The notes under the pieces are model-generated. The model did not search any database. It was not told the DNA's origin and worked only from the letters and a program-made list of their open reading frames with translations. 15,136 nt of DNA, taken from the IMG/VR virus record IMGVR_UViG_3300022561_000387. One strand, given 5' to 3'. The position numbers were made by a program, and so were the translations under genes. Source of the DNA: a virus. Shown here one piece after another: positions 14,116 through 15,136 of the stretch; position 1 is the stretch's first letter, and each line of letters begins with the position of its first letter.

Positions 14116-14627
14116 TAGGACTTCCCTTCCGATGCTTCGTAATACTTCTTAACAATGATCTGGACCCAAAGGCTAACCATGCGTGGTGCAATTTCCTTGA
14201 ACGCGGGGTAGATAGCGCGACCCTTAGGTGCCCGTGCGGGCAATCCTCGGCTTGCGTGGCGCTTCACTTGGTGTGTGCCACCGTTCTTGCTCTTACGCTT
14301 GTAGGTGGACACAGCAGCCCTGTCAGCACCGAACTCCCAAGCCGCGAAATCCGTAGCAGGCACAAGCCGCTTGGAACTACCCACCGCCCGCTTGCTATTG
14401 GCAGCCATGGCTACGGGCGGGTTACCGCCCTTGATGCGTGTGCCAACACCAAGCATCCGCGTTGACATAGCCGACATACCCGAAAGGTGCTCATTGACGA
14501 GCGCTTTCCATTCAGGCCCCATCGTGGCAACCGTTGCCCGGTTGATCTCGCGCTTGATTTCCCGGTCTGCGGCCTTCATTGCGAGCACAGCCGCCTGTAG
14601 CTCGCGGTGGTCCGATACCGAGATCAT
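14115..14627 (-). CDS. HK97 gp10-like neck / tail-completion protein (170 aa) in the slot normally held by tail assembly chaperones
   Basis: ELQAAVLAMKAADREIKREINRATVATMGPEWKALV..., FAAWEFGAD and KGRAIYPAFKEIAPRMV follow the gp10-family pattern. The protein is basic rather than acidic. Its TAA overlaps the tape-measure ATG (TAATG). Confidence 0.55.
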   Translation of the reverse strand: MISVSDHRELQAAVLAMKAADREIKREINRATVATMGPEWKALVNEHLSGMSAMSTRMLGVGTRIKGGNPPVAMAANSKRAVGSSKRLVPATDFAAWEFGADRAAVSTYKRKSKNGGTHQVKRHASRGLPARAPKGRAIYPAFKEIAPRMVSLWVQIIVKKYYEASEGKS

Positions 14628-14630
14628 GCG

Positions 14631-15041
14631 TCAGACCGCAGGAACGAGGACCGGCTTGCCGTTTACACCGAGCGTGACAGAGGCGGTGCTGTATGCGTTG
14701 ACAGCGCCACCAATGGCACCAGGCGTGACGACAACATCGGCGGTGAATGACGGCCCAGACCCGTTAGTCGGCTTGAACACGACCGCCTTAGTAAGGCCCT
14801 CGTTGGCGAACAGGTACGCGGACAGCGAGTTGACCGTGGTCCAGTCCTGTGCATAGTTGAGCGTGAGCACCCAGGTAGCCGTCGAAACGTCCGTAAAGGT
14901 GTTGTTGGCAAGGCCGGTCCAGGTTACGGATGACGCTGACGGCGTGAACGTCACGGCATCTACATGCTTTTCGTAGCCGTCCGTGCCGATGGTGAGCGTG
15001 ACATTCTTAAGAACTAGTGGGGTGACTGCGATTGCAACCAT
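14631..15041 (-). CDS. Major tail (tube) protein (136 aa)
   Basis: This small beta-rich Thr/Val-rich protein (LKNVTLTIGTDGYEKHVDAVTFTPSASSVTWTG...) lies after the terminator-like gene. Its ATG at 15041 equals position 32 of the circle and overlaps the upstream stop. Confidence 0.6.
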   Translation of the reverse strand: MVAIAVTPLVLKNVTLTIGTDGYEKHVDAVTFTPSASSVTWTGLANNTFTDVSTATWVLTLNYAQDWTTVNSLSAYLFANEGLTKAVVFKPTNGSGPSFTADVVVTPGAIGGAVNAYSTASVTLGVNGKPVLVPAV

Positions 15042-15136
15042 TAGATTACCGCCTTTTCAATGAGGATTCCGCCAGAGACGGTGATTGTCCACGAATGGAT
15101 CGTGTCGTCCACCGAGGTCGTGCGTTGTGCCGTTTC
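15010..15136. repeat. Right copy of the 127-bp terminal overlap, identical to 1-127
   Basis: It matches bases 1-127 exactly. It duplicates the first 32 nt of the major tail gene and the last 96 nt of ORF 32-415. Confidence 0.95.

Noticed and set aside
13085-14152. Long plus-strand ORFs antisense to strongly supported genes: 13085-14152 (355 aa), 4655-5470 (271 aa), 8289-9095 (268 aa), 2797-3417 (206 aa) and 14305-14856 (183 aa)
   Set aside because: Their products are Ser/Ala/Pro/Arg-rich and low in complexity, as expected from stop-poor antisense frames in GC-rich DNA. They lack SD sequences. Each is fully covered by a minus-strand gene with clear motifs and operon coupling.
1-15136. Search for tRNA/rRNA genes, CRISPR arrays, IS elements, toxin-antitoxin modules or known defence systems
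   Set aside because: No cloverleaf-like or regularly spaced repeat structures were seen, and no ORFs have recognisable motifs for these classes. Essentially all of the sequence is accounted for by the phage genes and two intergenic regions.

Overview
The window is a closed circle. Bases 1-127 are repeated exactly at 15010-15136, so the unique sequence is 15,009 bp. It reads as a complete, very compact, GC-rich (about 60% by eye) temperate siphovirus-like genome of about 21 genes, probably from an actinobacterial host.

One long minus-strand array leaves a 459-bp AT-rich control region (6041-6499) and wraps through the contig junction. Its gene order is:
- sigma-region-2-like protein
- HNH endonuclease
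- Cys-rich putative small terminase
- TerL
- portal
- a single prohead-protease/scaffold/major-capsid ORF
- two connector proteins
- major tail protein
- an HK97-gp10-like protein
- short tape measure
- Dit-like protein, Tal-like protein and fibre
- XhlA-like protein and holin
- large serine integrase

Only two genes run the other way (6500-8115): an HTH protein and a RepA-like ATPase. The two arrays converge on a 90-bp spacer packed with perfect inverted repeats.

Points worth following up:
- A 48-bp attP-like dyad is centred on the int stop codon.
- There is no recognisable endolysin, tail-assembly chaperone, repressor or excisionase.
- An internal SD+ATG sits at the protease/capsid boundary.
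- The integrase lacks the usual zinc-ribbon cysteines.
- Two copies of a 16-bp palindrome lie 240 bp apart, with phased TCTGAC repeats, in the control region.
- A 24-nt repeat brackets the lysis cassette.

All homology statements come from motif recognition by eye. No searches were run.
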